32,000 nt of DNA, from the NCBI GenBank assembly GCA_027031765.1, contig JALVPN010000040.1:113265-145264 (forward strand), given 5' to 3'. The translations under genes and the position numbers were made by a program. This document shows, piece after piece, positions 9,458-18,748 of this stretch. The DNA comes from Promethearchaeota archaeon. GTDB lineage: Archaea > Asgardarchaeota > Thorarchaeia > Thorarchaeales > Thorarchaeaceae. The notes under the pieces were generated by a model that was given only the letters and a program-made list of their open reading frames with translations, ran no database searches and was not told the DNA's origin. How positions within the stretch are numbered: the first letter of the stretch is position 1; every line of letters begins with the position of its first letter.

Positions 9458-9736
9458 CTAGGCGAAAATCACGGCCAGTGATGCAACGACAACAACCAGC
9501 GTGCACGAGAGGCTCCAGTTGAGGAGGTGATGGGCACCCTGCTGCGGATGCTCGTCAATCATGCCGGTCGTAAGTAGTGTCATCAAGGAGATGAACAAGA
9601 ATGCAAATGGCAGTGAGGCAGACTTGCTCGTGAGGGGTGTCTTTGTAGCGAGGATAATGGCTGCAAGTGCACCAAAGACCAAGAAACTAAGAATCATAAC
9701 AGATAGAAGGACATGCTGGACTCTCTCTGTATCCAT
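9458..9736 (-). CDS. Small hypothetical membrane protein (~3 TM)
   Basis: 92-aa ORF with three hydrophobic stretches, co-oriented upstream of atpD. Confidence 0.65.
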   Translation of the reverse strand: MDTERVQHVLLSVMILSFLVFGALAAIILATKTPLTSKSASLPFAFLFISLMTLLTTGMIDEHPQQGAHHLLNWSLSCTLVVVVASLAVIFA

Positions 9737-10163
9737 TTCAGTATACTCCCTTGTCGGTCACACGCAGGGTGAGTGGATTCCGACGTTGTCAGTTGAAAAA
9801 GGTTTTGACATGTGTTCCAACGGACTGTGCAGAACGGAGCCGGGTAACGAAGTTGATGATGGAAACGACCCCTACTGGCACTGCGGTACCGTGGTGCTGC
9901 CAACTTTGACGGGACACCGAATTCGGAGGGTAGTGTAGTACTGAGCTCAGTTTCGATACCCTCGACTAGGGGTACGAAGTGGAGTGTACAAAACGCCACA
10001 ACCAACGAGCTCACTAGTGGCAGCGCAGGCCCTCAGCCAACTAGTCCCATGTGCAGGCACTTCATATGATTCAGGGACAACAATACTGAAACCACACCAC
10101 TTATATCCGGCCCGCTGTATTACACAAACTACTCGTGATACGGCTAGGTAGGCTGTGCAGACA

Positions 10164-11138
10164 ATGACTATTGCAGTCCATGAAAGTGCACTAATACGAC
10201 ACTTCAACACTCGCAGAGAGACCTTACGTGCGTGGGAGGAACGCATTGGTGCCCGCTTCTCACCGTTTCGTGGGTTCAAGATGCCAGACAGTCGCTTGTA
10301 CTGTGAACATCCAGATTTTCTGGACAGCATAGTGGACCTGATAATAACCAACGAACGGCACATATTCCTCCGGGGACCTGTCGGCTCTGGCAAAAGCACG
10401 CTGATGTTGCTGGCGCTGAGAGACTTGCCGACTTTGGCAGACCGCCGTGGTAACAAGTTCATTACAGGATACGTAGGGATGACAGGGCTCTATGAGAAAC
10501 AGATGGCGGCCGCAATAGCAGACTCGTTGCGTGTCAAGTACCGCCGGTCATGGGAATCGAGTCAAATCATTGAGGCTGTGGCGAGAGAGTGCGTCAGGCG
10601 GTACGTTGAGGAGCACTGTCGTACGGCGTTGTTCATAGAGGATGTGGCTGACAATCAGGAAGCTGCATTCCACAAGCTCCGTTATCTAGCGGATCTCCCA
10701 ACAGAGGAGATGAAAGAAGAATATGGGGGGGCCCTAGACGAGCCAGTAGTGACTTTGATTATGAGTGGCACCATGATGTATTGGAATGCCATGTTGAGCT
10801 TCTTGCCGCAGATAGCCGATAGGACAGAACCCCTTGATGTGCCACCATTTGATGACGCGAAGGCAAAGGAGTTCATAGGACGACGACTGGCATACGCACG
10901 CGGTGAGATTGACAGCTTCGACCCTAATGACTTTGACATCTATCCCTTTGAGGAAGAGGCTATCGAGATAATAAATGCTGCAGCTAGGGGGAACCCGCGG
11001 GACATAAGGATGCTCGCAAGAGGTTGCCAACAGGTGGCTGCTGAGCGGCTCAAGGAAACTGGGGACCCATCAATTACAGTTGAGATAGCAACACTCGTTG
11101 TCGATGCATATTCCGCACTTTTGAAGGAGGTGCAGTGA
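10164..11138 (+). CDS. ExeA/GspA-like AAA+ ATPase
   Basis: SPF...PD..Y N-terminus, Walker A GPVGSGKST, Walker B-like ALFIED, FIGRRLAYA, FEEEAIEIINAAARGNPRDI lid. This matches the ExeA layout as I know it. Start ATG 10164 (or GTG 10155); TTATAT at 10101-10106. Confidence 0.75.
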   Translation: MTIAVHESALIRHFNTRRETLRAWEERIGARFSPFRGFKMPDSRLYCEHPDFLDSIVDLIITNERHIFLRGPVGSGKSTLMLLALRDLPTLADRRGNKFITGYVGMTGLYEKQMAAAIADSLRVKYRRSWESSQIIEAVARECVRRYVEEHCRTALFIEDVADNQEAAFHKLRYLADLPTEEMKEEYGGALDEPVVTLIMSGTMMYWNAMLSFLPQIADRTEPLDVPPFDDAKAKEFIGRRLAYARGEIDSFDPNDFDIYPFEEEAIEIINAAARGNPRDIRMLARGCQQVAAERLKETGDPSITVEIATLVVDAYSALLKEVQ

Positions 11139-11449
11139 CTGTGAGCCTTCTGGGAAAGTACAGGCGTGAGGAGAAAGAGAGAGGCGAAGAGGAGCCGAAA
11201 AGAACACCTGCTGCCACTAGCAGTACACGCGTGGTAAGACGCCGGTCTACGGCCTCTTCAGTTCCCAACAAGGAGCGGAAAAGCCCGATAATGAGCTTCT
11301 CTGTGGCCTCTGACCTGCGTGCCTGTCTGCAGGCCGTCAGGATGGAGAAGGCAATCAATCTGAGCATGTGGGTTGAACGCACACTTAGGGAGGCTGTAAT
11401 CAGAGAGTTCCCAGAGATTGCACAGGCTCATCTCCGTAGTGATGCATAG
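11135..11449 (+). CDS. Ribbon-helix-helix DNA-binding protein with a low-complexity charged N-terminus
   Basis: MSFSV (beta) - SDLRACLQAVRMEK (alphaA) - NLSMWVERTLREAV (alphaB). GTGA overlap with the ATPase stop; GGAGGTG RBS at 11126-11132 (true start may be GTG 11141). Confidence 0.7.
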   Translation: MTVSLLGKYRREEKERGEEEPKRTPAATSSTRVVRRRSTASSVPNKERKSPIMSFSVASDLRACLQAVRMEKAINLSMWVERTLREAVIREFPEIAQAHLRSDA

Positions 11450-11665
11450 TGCGACCCGCATATGTCAAGTCCACTTGTCCCCACCGGCCACTCAATACCC
11501 AAAGAAATCACGTCCTACGCCTAACGCTGGAAAACCCAGTCCTACTGGTATTAGGAGTAATACAGCCAGACAGCCCTGGATTCCTCTCCATGGTAGCAAT
11601 CTGGGTGGGTTCCCGGGATTGAAACAGTAGTCGAGGCAGACAAGGTAGTAGGTGACCGCAGAAAG

Positions 11666-13081
11666 TCACATGGTGCGTCGTCCTTTCAGCTCCGAGTACT
11701 CAACAACCTTCGCGATGGCAAGGCACGCCGTATGAGGGTCATCATAGCAGGGGATACGGTTCATCTCAAGGAGATCCTTGCCTGGCTTTCCTACATCACC
11801 AGCAAGCCAAACACCCACCACGGGCTTGTCTGCACCCGCAAGCCGTGCCCCCTCCAGAGTACCGGCCGCATGTTCTGTCTGTGTCATTCCTGCGAAGGTC
11901 GGCACGCCACATATTACCAATAGAGTATCGATATTTTCATCACTGAGTAGTAGCTCAGTAGCAACACGGTACTCACGGCGTCCGCCGCTTGCCACCACGT
12001 CTACGGGGTTGCGAGTGGCGGCCATCGGGGAAAGAATCTGGCGGAGCTCACGGCGCGTTTCCTTGGACAGCTCAGGTACGTTCAATCCAAAGTACGATGC
12101 GGCGTCGGCCGCAAGAACACCTGCACCGCCGGTATTACTGATGATACCAATATTACGGCCACACGGCGAAGGTTGGTAGTCAAAGAGTTTGCACACCTCA
12201 AGCAGTGAGTCGAGGGTAGGAATCATGACGGCCCCGGCTTGGCGAACCATACCTTCGAATATTTTTGCTGAGCCGGCCAGTGAGCCTGTGTGTGACTGTG
12301 TGGCACGACCGCCGGCCTTACTGAGCCCGCCCTTTAGCACTACCACGGGCTTTGCCATTGCGGCCTGTCTGAGAGACTCGAAGAAAGGACGGCCTTTGTC
12401 TACGCCTTCCACATAGATTGCTATGACGTGGGTCCTATCATCTTCTGTGAAATACCTAAGCACCTCTGAGAAACTGACATCAGCCGCGTTCCCCAAACTC
12501 GCAAACTTGCTGACCCCAATCCTCTTCGCACGTGTATTGTATATGGTCATTCCACCAAGAGCACCACTCTGTGAGAGAAGGGCTATGTTCCCACGTTCTG
12601 GCATCATAGTGAAAGTCCCGTTGAAGAGACGGCTGTTCGAAACTCCGACACAGTTGGGGCCTATGATGCGCACACCTGCTTCCCGAGCTGCATGCACGAG
12701 CTGGTTTTCCAGCTGCTTCCCTTCGGGGCCGGTTTCGCTGAAGCCACCAGAAATTACAACAGCATGGCGTGCTCCGGCGGCCCGAACCTCGTACATGAGT
12801 GCAGGACAGTACTTCGCCGCTACTGCAATGATTACTAGGTCGACTGGCACCGGTAGTTGGCGGAGGCTGGGGTATGCACGTACGCCCAACACACGCTCGC
12901 GACTCCGCGTTACAGGGAACACCTCAACCTCGGACGCAAGGAGATTCATGAGAATCGAGTTGCCTAGCTTCCGATAGTCGGCTGACGCCCCAACTAGAGC
13001 GACTCTGCGTGGATTGAAGAAAGGATCCAAATCATTGTAGGCGTCATATTCGCCGTATGACATAGGCAAGGGCGACAACAC
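11666..13081 (-). CDS. acdA: ADP-forming acyl/acetyl-CoA synthetase alpha subunit
   Basis: CoA-binding VALVGAS, IIGPNCVG, SQSGALG, SLGNAADV, SHTGSLAGS (phospho-His), NPVDV. Exact start uncertain (13081 or 13063). Confidence 0.92.
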   Translation of the reverse strand: MLSPLPMSYGEYDAYNDLDPFFNPRRVALVGASADYRKLGNSILMNLLASEVEVFPVTRSRERVLGVRAYPSLRQLPVPVDLVIIAVAAKYCPALMYEVRAAGARHAVVISGGFSETGPEGKQLENQLVHAAREAGVRIIGPNCVGVSNSRLFNGTFTMMPERGNIALLSQSGALGGMTIYNTRAKRIGVSKFASLGNAADVSFSEVLRYFTEDDRTHVIAIYVEGVDKGRPFFESLRQAAMAKPVVVLKGGLSKAGGRATQSHTGSLAGSAKIFEGMVRQAGAVMIPTLDSLLEVCKLFDYQPSPCGRNIGIISNTGGAGVLAADAASYFGLNVPELSKETRRELRQILSPMAATRNPVDVVASGGRREYRVATELLLSDENIDTLLVICGVPTFAGMTQTEHAAGTLEGARLAGADKPVVGVWLAGDVGKPGKDLLEMNRIPCYDDPHTACLAIAKVVEYSELKGRRTM

Positions 13082-13237
13082 ACCTGATTTATGTGTAACT
13101 AGTGAAATTCAGTACGGAAGTACTTGTAGACCATTTCGGGGGTTGGGTACAAAAGTGTCATGGGATGTCTGCAACGTACGCACGGTGTCCGGCCTAAGAG
13201 GGGAGGGCAGCGCCGCTCTGTAATAGTGCTGTATAGT

Positions 13238-13261
13238 GTATGGGTCGTATTGCGTGTATTA
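13238..13261 (-). repeat. Tandem NNATAC motif, 9-bp period (3 copies)
   Basis: GTATGG 13238, GTATTG 13247, GTATTA 13256 on the + strand. Confidence 0.6.
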
Positions 13262-13679
13262 CGACCATGGATGAGCTTTGGACGCGAGCGAGAAACAACT
13301 GACATTCAACATTAGAGCAAAGTAGAACGCCAATGTAACTCCACATCTGCTAGAAGCGGTGCAGATTGAGCCAGACAGATGGCCTATTCGATACCCCGCA
13401 GACTTGTCATGAGGACAATCATGTGTGTTGCAGCTTCAAGGGCTAGTGGACTCAGGCGGCAGTTTGCGGCACAGAAGCTGCAGAGATATTTCAATGCAAA
13501 TCGTGCAGCAAGGGGGCAAGAGTACCCACTACGTGTTATCTCAACGGATCTGCGTACGTCAAGTATTCCAAGCCACCCAGCAACAACAAGGCAGTCAGTG
13601 CCGAGTCACGCAGCACACTCATGTGTAGCGGAACTGTAGAATACACTCTGCACCCAAGCGGTATTGTTCATATAACAGG

Positions 13680-13694
13680 TAATACGCGTGATAC
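13680..13694 (+). repeat. Tandem NNATAC motif, 9-bp period (2 copies)
   Basis: TAATAC 13680, TGATAC 13689. Confidence 0.5.
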
Positions 13695-14018
13695 GTCACG
13701 TAGATGCTCCTCTTTGGCGAAACGTCCACGCTCGCCAATTGAAATGGAGCAGGAAGTGGTAGCTGGCAGCAGACAGAACACCAAACTCTGTAGCAAGAAA
13801 CCCGGGCCACCGGGGTTCTACGAGGCACTGGAACCGTATAACACTACAACCGAGGCCGTACGTCAATCCGACATCACAACGTGGATCACTATCACTACAA
13901 GGAACCACAAGTAGCCGACATGCCGGTCACCTTTGGACACACGACATAGGGCGGTAACTACGCAGTACGTGGGGCTCCATCCATAGGCGAAACCCGCGTG
14001 CAAGCCGCCTGCATTCGT

Positions 14019-14050
14019 TAATACTCGTAATACTAGTGATACAGCAATAC
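14019..14050 (+). repeat. Tandem NNATAC motif (4 copies, spacing 9/9/8)
   Basis: TAATAC 14019, TAATAC 14028, TGATAC 14037, CAATAC 14045. Confidence 0.7.
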
Positions 14051-14334
14051 GGCCAATCCACATCTACAGCATGGTGAACCAGGAAGATTCAGCACCCGCT
14101 GCTGTTCTAAGATTAGAACTATGTATTCCTGTTGTCAAGAATATAGTGAGTGTGTCGTACCAGACAGAAGCATATAGACCACGAGCAATCCAGTCCAACT
14201 GCACCGTCCAGCATCTCTATCTCCTCGGAACAGACCTCCAGATTTGGGTACGGTGTCAGAAGGACACTCAGGTCTGCAAGAGGTACGACACACTCGAGCC
14301 CGGTCTACACTCACTACAGGCCAGGCAGTTCTAG

Positions 14335-14886
14335 CTAGTCCAGACGTAGCGCAAGCGGAGACTGCAACAAGTCCAGTGCGTCAAGAACCACGCGTTCAGC
14401 AGCCCTGTACGCTTCAACGTCCTCTGGGGAGAGAGAGTGCCTTGCTGCGAGTGCTTCGCGGATGCTGCGGTATGCACCAACCCTAGTCGCTACCTCCTCG
14501 AAGGGCCTGAAAATACTGAGCTCAAAGAGGCCCAGATACGCCAGGACGAGCAGGGTATAGATGGAACGCATGACATTTCGCCGCGCTTGCTTCAGAGTTC
14601 TGTTGAAGGCGCCGCGCGAAACCCCCTTTCCACCGCGCGGCCCTCTACCCCTAAGTGACGCCTTCTGTTCGTATGAAACGCGGCCCTCTGATGCATCATC
14701 TGTGAGGAGATCAATCAACAGTGTTTCGAGCTGCGTGCTGGTCAGACTGGAGCGTTCAAGAAGAATGCGCAAGATTGGCTCCCGTAGCACAAGGCGCACT
14801 TGTGATACCATCTCCGTCAACGACCCGTCATCTTTTCTTTCTTCGTTCAACAGCTCACGCTCCGCCACTGATGAAACGGCGCTCAT
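14335..14886 (-). CDS. Hypothetical protein with a probable HTH
   Basis: Globular-looking sequence with LTSTQLETLLID...YEQKA...VSRGAFNRTLKQARRN (HTH-like). Start set at ATG 14886; the ORF extends to 15057. Confidence 0.7.
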   Translation of the reverse strand: MSAVSSVAERELLNEERKDDGSLTEMVSQVRLVLREPILRILLERSSLTSTQLETLLIDLLTDDASEGRVSYEQKASLRGRGPRGGKGVSRGAFNRTLKQARRNVMRSIYTLLVLAYLGLFELSIFRPFEEVATRVGAYRSIREALAARHSLSPEDVEAYRAAERVVLDALDLLQSPLALRLD

Positions 14887-15032
14887 ATTGGCCAATTCAC
14901 GCGAATCGTCGCTATAAGGCCGTCTGCAAATCCATGTCCACCGGGGGTCCGGGTGGATACAATTCTGTATACGGCAGAGCTTAAAGCCATATCTGTGTAT
15001 GAGGCGTGATAGGCGTATTACACTCGATTCAA

Positions 15033-15458
15033 TTATGGCCGTGTTGGCACCCACCAAGACTCCTCAGGAGGAACAAATGTAAATGCAAGGACGAGATTGC
15101 CACGAACCTGGTCAAACTCATAGACTGCAAACGTTATTGACTCATCATCCCGATGCCACGAAACATATCTGAGCGCAACTTGACGTCTGAAAAACGCCCG
15201 ACAATAGCGACGTACCGCGATGAACAGATTGCGATACCGGCGGCGCTGCGACGGGCGGATCCCCCAACGTTCGAGGATGAACCGGTTCGCGAGGGAGTTG
15301 CTAGATATGAGGATTGGATGCATCACCCTCGTTGACCGACCAGCAACAGCAGACTCAAGCATGCGTCTAAGGCAAGCAGGAATCCCGGCAAGCACAGATG
15401 GGGTCGCGGCTAGGTCTACTGCACCAGTCCCTCCAGAATTGACGGATGTCATCACCAT
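15033..15458 (-). CDS. Hypothetical basic protein
   Basis: The C-terminal ~100 aa look protein-like (SSNSLANRFILERWG...AVYEFD). Start uncertain (15458, 15452 or later). Confidence 0.55.
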   Translation of the reverse strand: MVMTSVNSGGTGAVDLAATPSVLAGIPACLRRMLESAVAGRSTRVMHPILISSNSLANRFILERWGIRPSQRRRYRNLFIAVRRYCRAFFRRQVALRYVSWHRDDESITFAVYEFDQVRGNLVLAFTFVPPEESWWVPTRP

Positions 15459-15654
15459 CAGAAGGATAGTTTGGTCATCCGCAATAAAAACACCCCAAAA
15501 TTCGCCGCCGCCACAACTCTCTGCATGACAATGCACGACTTATCCAACGCATCAATGATGTCATGAATCGTCATGCAATCAGAGAGGAACCGACAGAGCA
15601 CCACTGGTACATGCGACACGGGAATGTGACAAGTTGTATTGGTACTCATGTGAG

Positions 15655-15669
15655 TAATACGACCAATAC
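15655..15669 (+). repeat. Tandem NNATAC motif, 9-bp period, in the hypF upstream region
   Basis: TAATAC 15655, CAATAC 15664; further GTATTG 15636 and GTATTA 15713. Confidence 0.5.
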
Positions 15670-15755
15670 GAATATTATCAGTGGAATATAGTGCACGATT
15701 TGCCACTTCATCGTATTAATATCGGCACAAGAAATAGAGCGGCTAGGGACTCCCT

Positions 15756-18104
15756 GTGAAACAACAGGCGACAATTCACATCAGAGGAATCGTCCAGGGT
15801 GTGGGGTTCAGGCCCTTCGTGTATCGTGTAGCCACGCAAAACAGACTCAAGGGTTACGTGCTGAACCTCGGCGATGCAGGTGTTAGAGTTGTCCTTGAAG
15901 GCGAGCGGAACAACATAGAGGCCACAATCAGACAGATCAAGAATCACCCACCGTCAATCGCAAGAATCGACGACATGGAAATTCGCTGGTCTTACGCCAC
16001 AGGACAGTTTCCCGATTTCAGAATTGCCAAGTCCAGCAGCACAGCTACTGCAGATGTGACCCGGATTCCGCCTGACATCGCAACATGTGAGGACTGCGTC
16101 CGCGACATCTTCGACCCAAACTCTCGGTGGTATCAGTATCCATTTACGTCCTGCGCTGCTTGCGGGCCAAGATACTCCACCATTACGGATTTGCCATACG
16201 ACAGACCAAACACCACCATGGCTGACTTCCCATTGTGTAATACATGTCATAGCAGTTATACAGACCCTGGGAATAGACGGTACCATGCTCAGACAACGGC
16301 ATGCCCCATATGTGGCCCGCGCTACGTACTGCTGGACAAGGAAGGTAACACAGTTGCCACCGAGAGGCCACTCCTTGCCGCGGCCCACCTGCTTGCAGAT
16401 GATAGAGTGCTCGCTTTACATGGAACCTCCGGAACCCACCTTGTCACTATAACTAGCACTCCAGAACCGATTTACCACTTGCGTGAACGAAAGAGGCGGC
16501 CCCAGAGACCCTTGGCCGTCATGGCCCGTGGCATGAGCGCAGTCGCTGCCTTCGCCACTCCTACAACGAGAGAAGCAGAGGAGATGCAGTCATGGCGTAG
16601 GCCAATCGTCCTAGTCAGCCGCCGGAGTGTGCCAATGTCCGGGTCTACGGTCACAGCTGAGTCGCTTGACGCCATAGCGCCCGGCCTCGATACAATTGGC
16701 GTGATGCTGCCCTACTCTCCAGCGCACCATATCCTCTTCAACACCCTAAATGAGGACGCCCTAGTGATGACAAGCGCAAACCCCACGGGCCTGCCAATGT
16801 ATATCGATTCCTCTGACATCGTGAAACACCTGCATGAGATAGCAGACTACTTTCTTGTCCACAACCGCAGAATACATCAGCGGTGTGACGACTCAGTACT
16901 CAAATACATCGCCGGCAGACGCGTCTTCATCCGTCGCTCGAGGGGATACGTGCCCGAGCCGATCCATACAGACTGGCGACCCAAAGGTACCACAGTCGCA
17001 GCCCTCGGCCCTGAAGAAAAGGTCACAGGGACAATCGCCAAGGCTGGTGTGTTTTACCCAACACAACACATAGGTGATACAGACAGCATCGAAAGCATCG
17101 AGTTCCTCACTCACGCAATGAACCACCTGAAGCATCTGTTGAGAATTGAACGGTTCGATGCCATTGCGTGTGACCTGCACCCACAGTTCCTCACTACCGA
17201 GACCGCCGAAATCATTGCTCAGGAAACGAACACCTCCCTCACACGAGTGCAACACCACCATGCGCACCTCGCGAGCCTCATAGTAGATAGCAACCTTTCT
17301 AGTAATACCCGTATCGTGTGTATTACCGCTGATGGATATGGCTATGGCCCCAACGGGGAAGCTTGGGGCGGTGAGGTACTCGTGGGCGGTCTCAAAGATG
17401 TCACTTGGTACGGAGGTCTCATGCCCAGCAGGTTGTCAGGAGGCGACCTCGCCGCAAGATATGCCACTAGGAGCCTCATCGGGATTGCCACACCCATTTC
17501 CAGTGAAGAGCAGCTCCTGACAATTGCAGGAGGAAACAAGATCTCAGAACGAAAACGCCTGACTGAATCAACTCTTCAACTACTAGTACATTCAGCTGAA
17601 AGAGGTGTGAACGCAGTTACCACCTCGAGTGCAGGGCGATTTCTCGATGCCGTGTCTGTAGCTCTGGGCATATGCTCAGAAAACACATACGACGGCGAAT
17701 GTCCAATGAAACTCGAATCAGTGGCCAGAGACAACGGGACAAGGATCAGACCGCACTACATTGACCGACGAGGTAGCCCCCTCATAGACACTGGTGCCGC
17801 ACTTCAGCAAGTCCTGGAACTGATACAACAGCGGGTGCCACGGGCAGGAATAGCTTTCGCTGCACAGTGGTTCCTTGGTGAGGCACTTGCCCAGATTGCG
17901 TGTATGGCCTCCCAGGAGCAGTCAATACCTCAGGTTGGGTTTTCCGGAGGAGTGGCACTCAACAGGAATATCACACGAGCCGTGGAGAGAGTCGTTAGCG
18001 ACCATGGAGTGCAACTCCTGCGCCACTGGCGAGTCCCACCTGGAGATGGCGGAGTTTCCGTTGGGCAGAGTGCAGTCACCATGGCCCAGCTAGCACTTGA
18101 GTGA
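15756..18104 (+). CDS. hypF: [NiFe]-hydrogenase maturation carbamoyltransferase HypF
   Basis: Acylphosphatase GIVQGVGFRPF, two Zn fingers (CEDC..CAACGPR; CNTC..CPICGP), QHHHAH, DGYGYG, GGVALN, PPGDGGVSVGQ. Confidence 0.97.
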   Translation: MKQQATIHIRGIVQGVGFRPFVYRVATQNRLKGYVLNLGDAGVRVVLEGERNNIEATIRQIKNHPPSIARIDDMEIRWSYATGQFPDFRIAKSSSTATADVTRIPPDIATCEDCVRDIFDPNSRWYQYPFTSCAACGPRYSTITDLPYDRPNTTMADFPLCNTCHSSYTDPGNRRYHAQTTACPICGPRYVLLDKEGNTVATERPLLAAAHLLADDRVLALHGTSGTHLVTITSTPEPIYHLRERKRRPQRPLAVMARGMSAVAAFATPTTREAEEMQSWRRPIVLVSRRSVPMSGSTVTAESLDAIAPGLDTIGVMLPYSPAHHILFNTLNEDALVMTSANPTGLPMYIDSSDIVKHLHEIADYFLVHNRRIHQRCDDSVLKYIAGRRVFIRRSRGYVPEPIHTDWRPKGTTVAALGPEEKVTGTIAKAGVFYPTQHIGDTDSIESIEFLTHAMNHLKHLLRIERFDAIACDLHPQFLTTETAEIIAQETNTSLTRVQHHHAHLASLIVDSNLSSNTRIVCITADGYGYGPNGEAWGGEVLVGGLKDVTWYGGLMPSRLSGGDLAARYATRSLIGIATPISSEEQLLTIAGGNKISERKRLTESTLQLLVHSAERGVNAVTTSSAGRFLDAVSVALGICSENTYDGECPMKLESVARDNGTRIRPHYIDRRGSPLIDTGAALQQVLELIQQRVPRAGIAFAAQWFLGEALAQIACMASQEQSIPQVGFSGGVALNRNITRAVERVVSDHGVQLLRHWRVPPGDGGVSVGQSAVTMAQLALE

Positions 18105-18136
18105 CACGACTCAGCCAGAACGCCACACGGCAGACA

Positions 18137-18748
18137 TCACGAACCACCCGATACCGCTGCCACTCCCAAATCGAGCGCGGCTGAGTTTATAGCCTCATAG
18201 CGACCTCCAAAGGCACTCCGCACTACAGCCCTAGCAGTTCCAACACCAAAAGGAAGCAGACCTAGGCCTAGAACGGCACCAAACATTACCATGTTGACTG
18301 CACGAGGACTGCCAGCCTTCTGGGCAAGGGTCATTGCATCGACCTTCGTGACCTCAACTCCAAACGGCGACATCAGACGGTCAATCTCGGCCTCGGACGG
18401 GTACCTATCATGACCCATCGAGACCGCAACTGGATACTGGACATGCGTGTTCATCACCACATGGCCACCGGGACGTACAAGGGAAATCTCGCGTAGTGTT
18501 TCTAGCGGTTCAAAACCGATGATGACGTCACCAGTGCCAATATCAACAATAGGCCCCAAGGCGCCATCCCCAATGCGGACGAATGATACAACATGTCCGC
18601 CCCGCTGAGCCATTCCATGGATCTCACCAACACGGACATTGTTTGACTCGTTCAGAGCAGCCTGCGCCATTATCTGGGCCAGCGTCAATACACCCTGACC
18701 GCCCACACCGGTCACAACAATATTACGTGTAATACCAGTCCTAGCCAT
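18137..18748 (-). CDS. iorB: Indolepyruvate:ferredoxin oxidoreductase subunit beta
   Basis: GVGGQGVL, EIHGMAQRGGHV, NMVMFGA. Confidence 0.93.
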   Translation of the reverse strand: MARTGITRNIVVTGVGGQGVLTLAQIMAQAALNESNNVRVGEIHGMAQRGGHVVSFVRIGDGALGPIVDIGTGDVIIGFEPLETLREISLVRPGGHVVMNTHVQYPVAVSMGHDRYPSEAEIDRLMSPFGVEVTKVDAMTLAQKAGSPRAVNMVMFGAVLGLGLLPFGVGTARAVVRSAFGGRYEAINSAALDLGVAAVSGGS

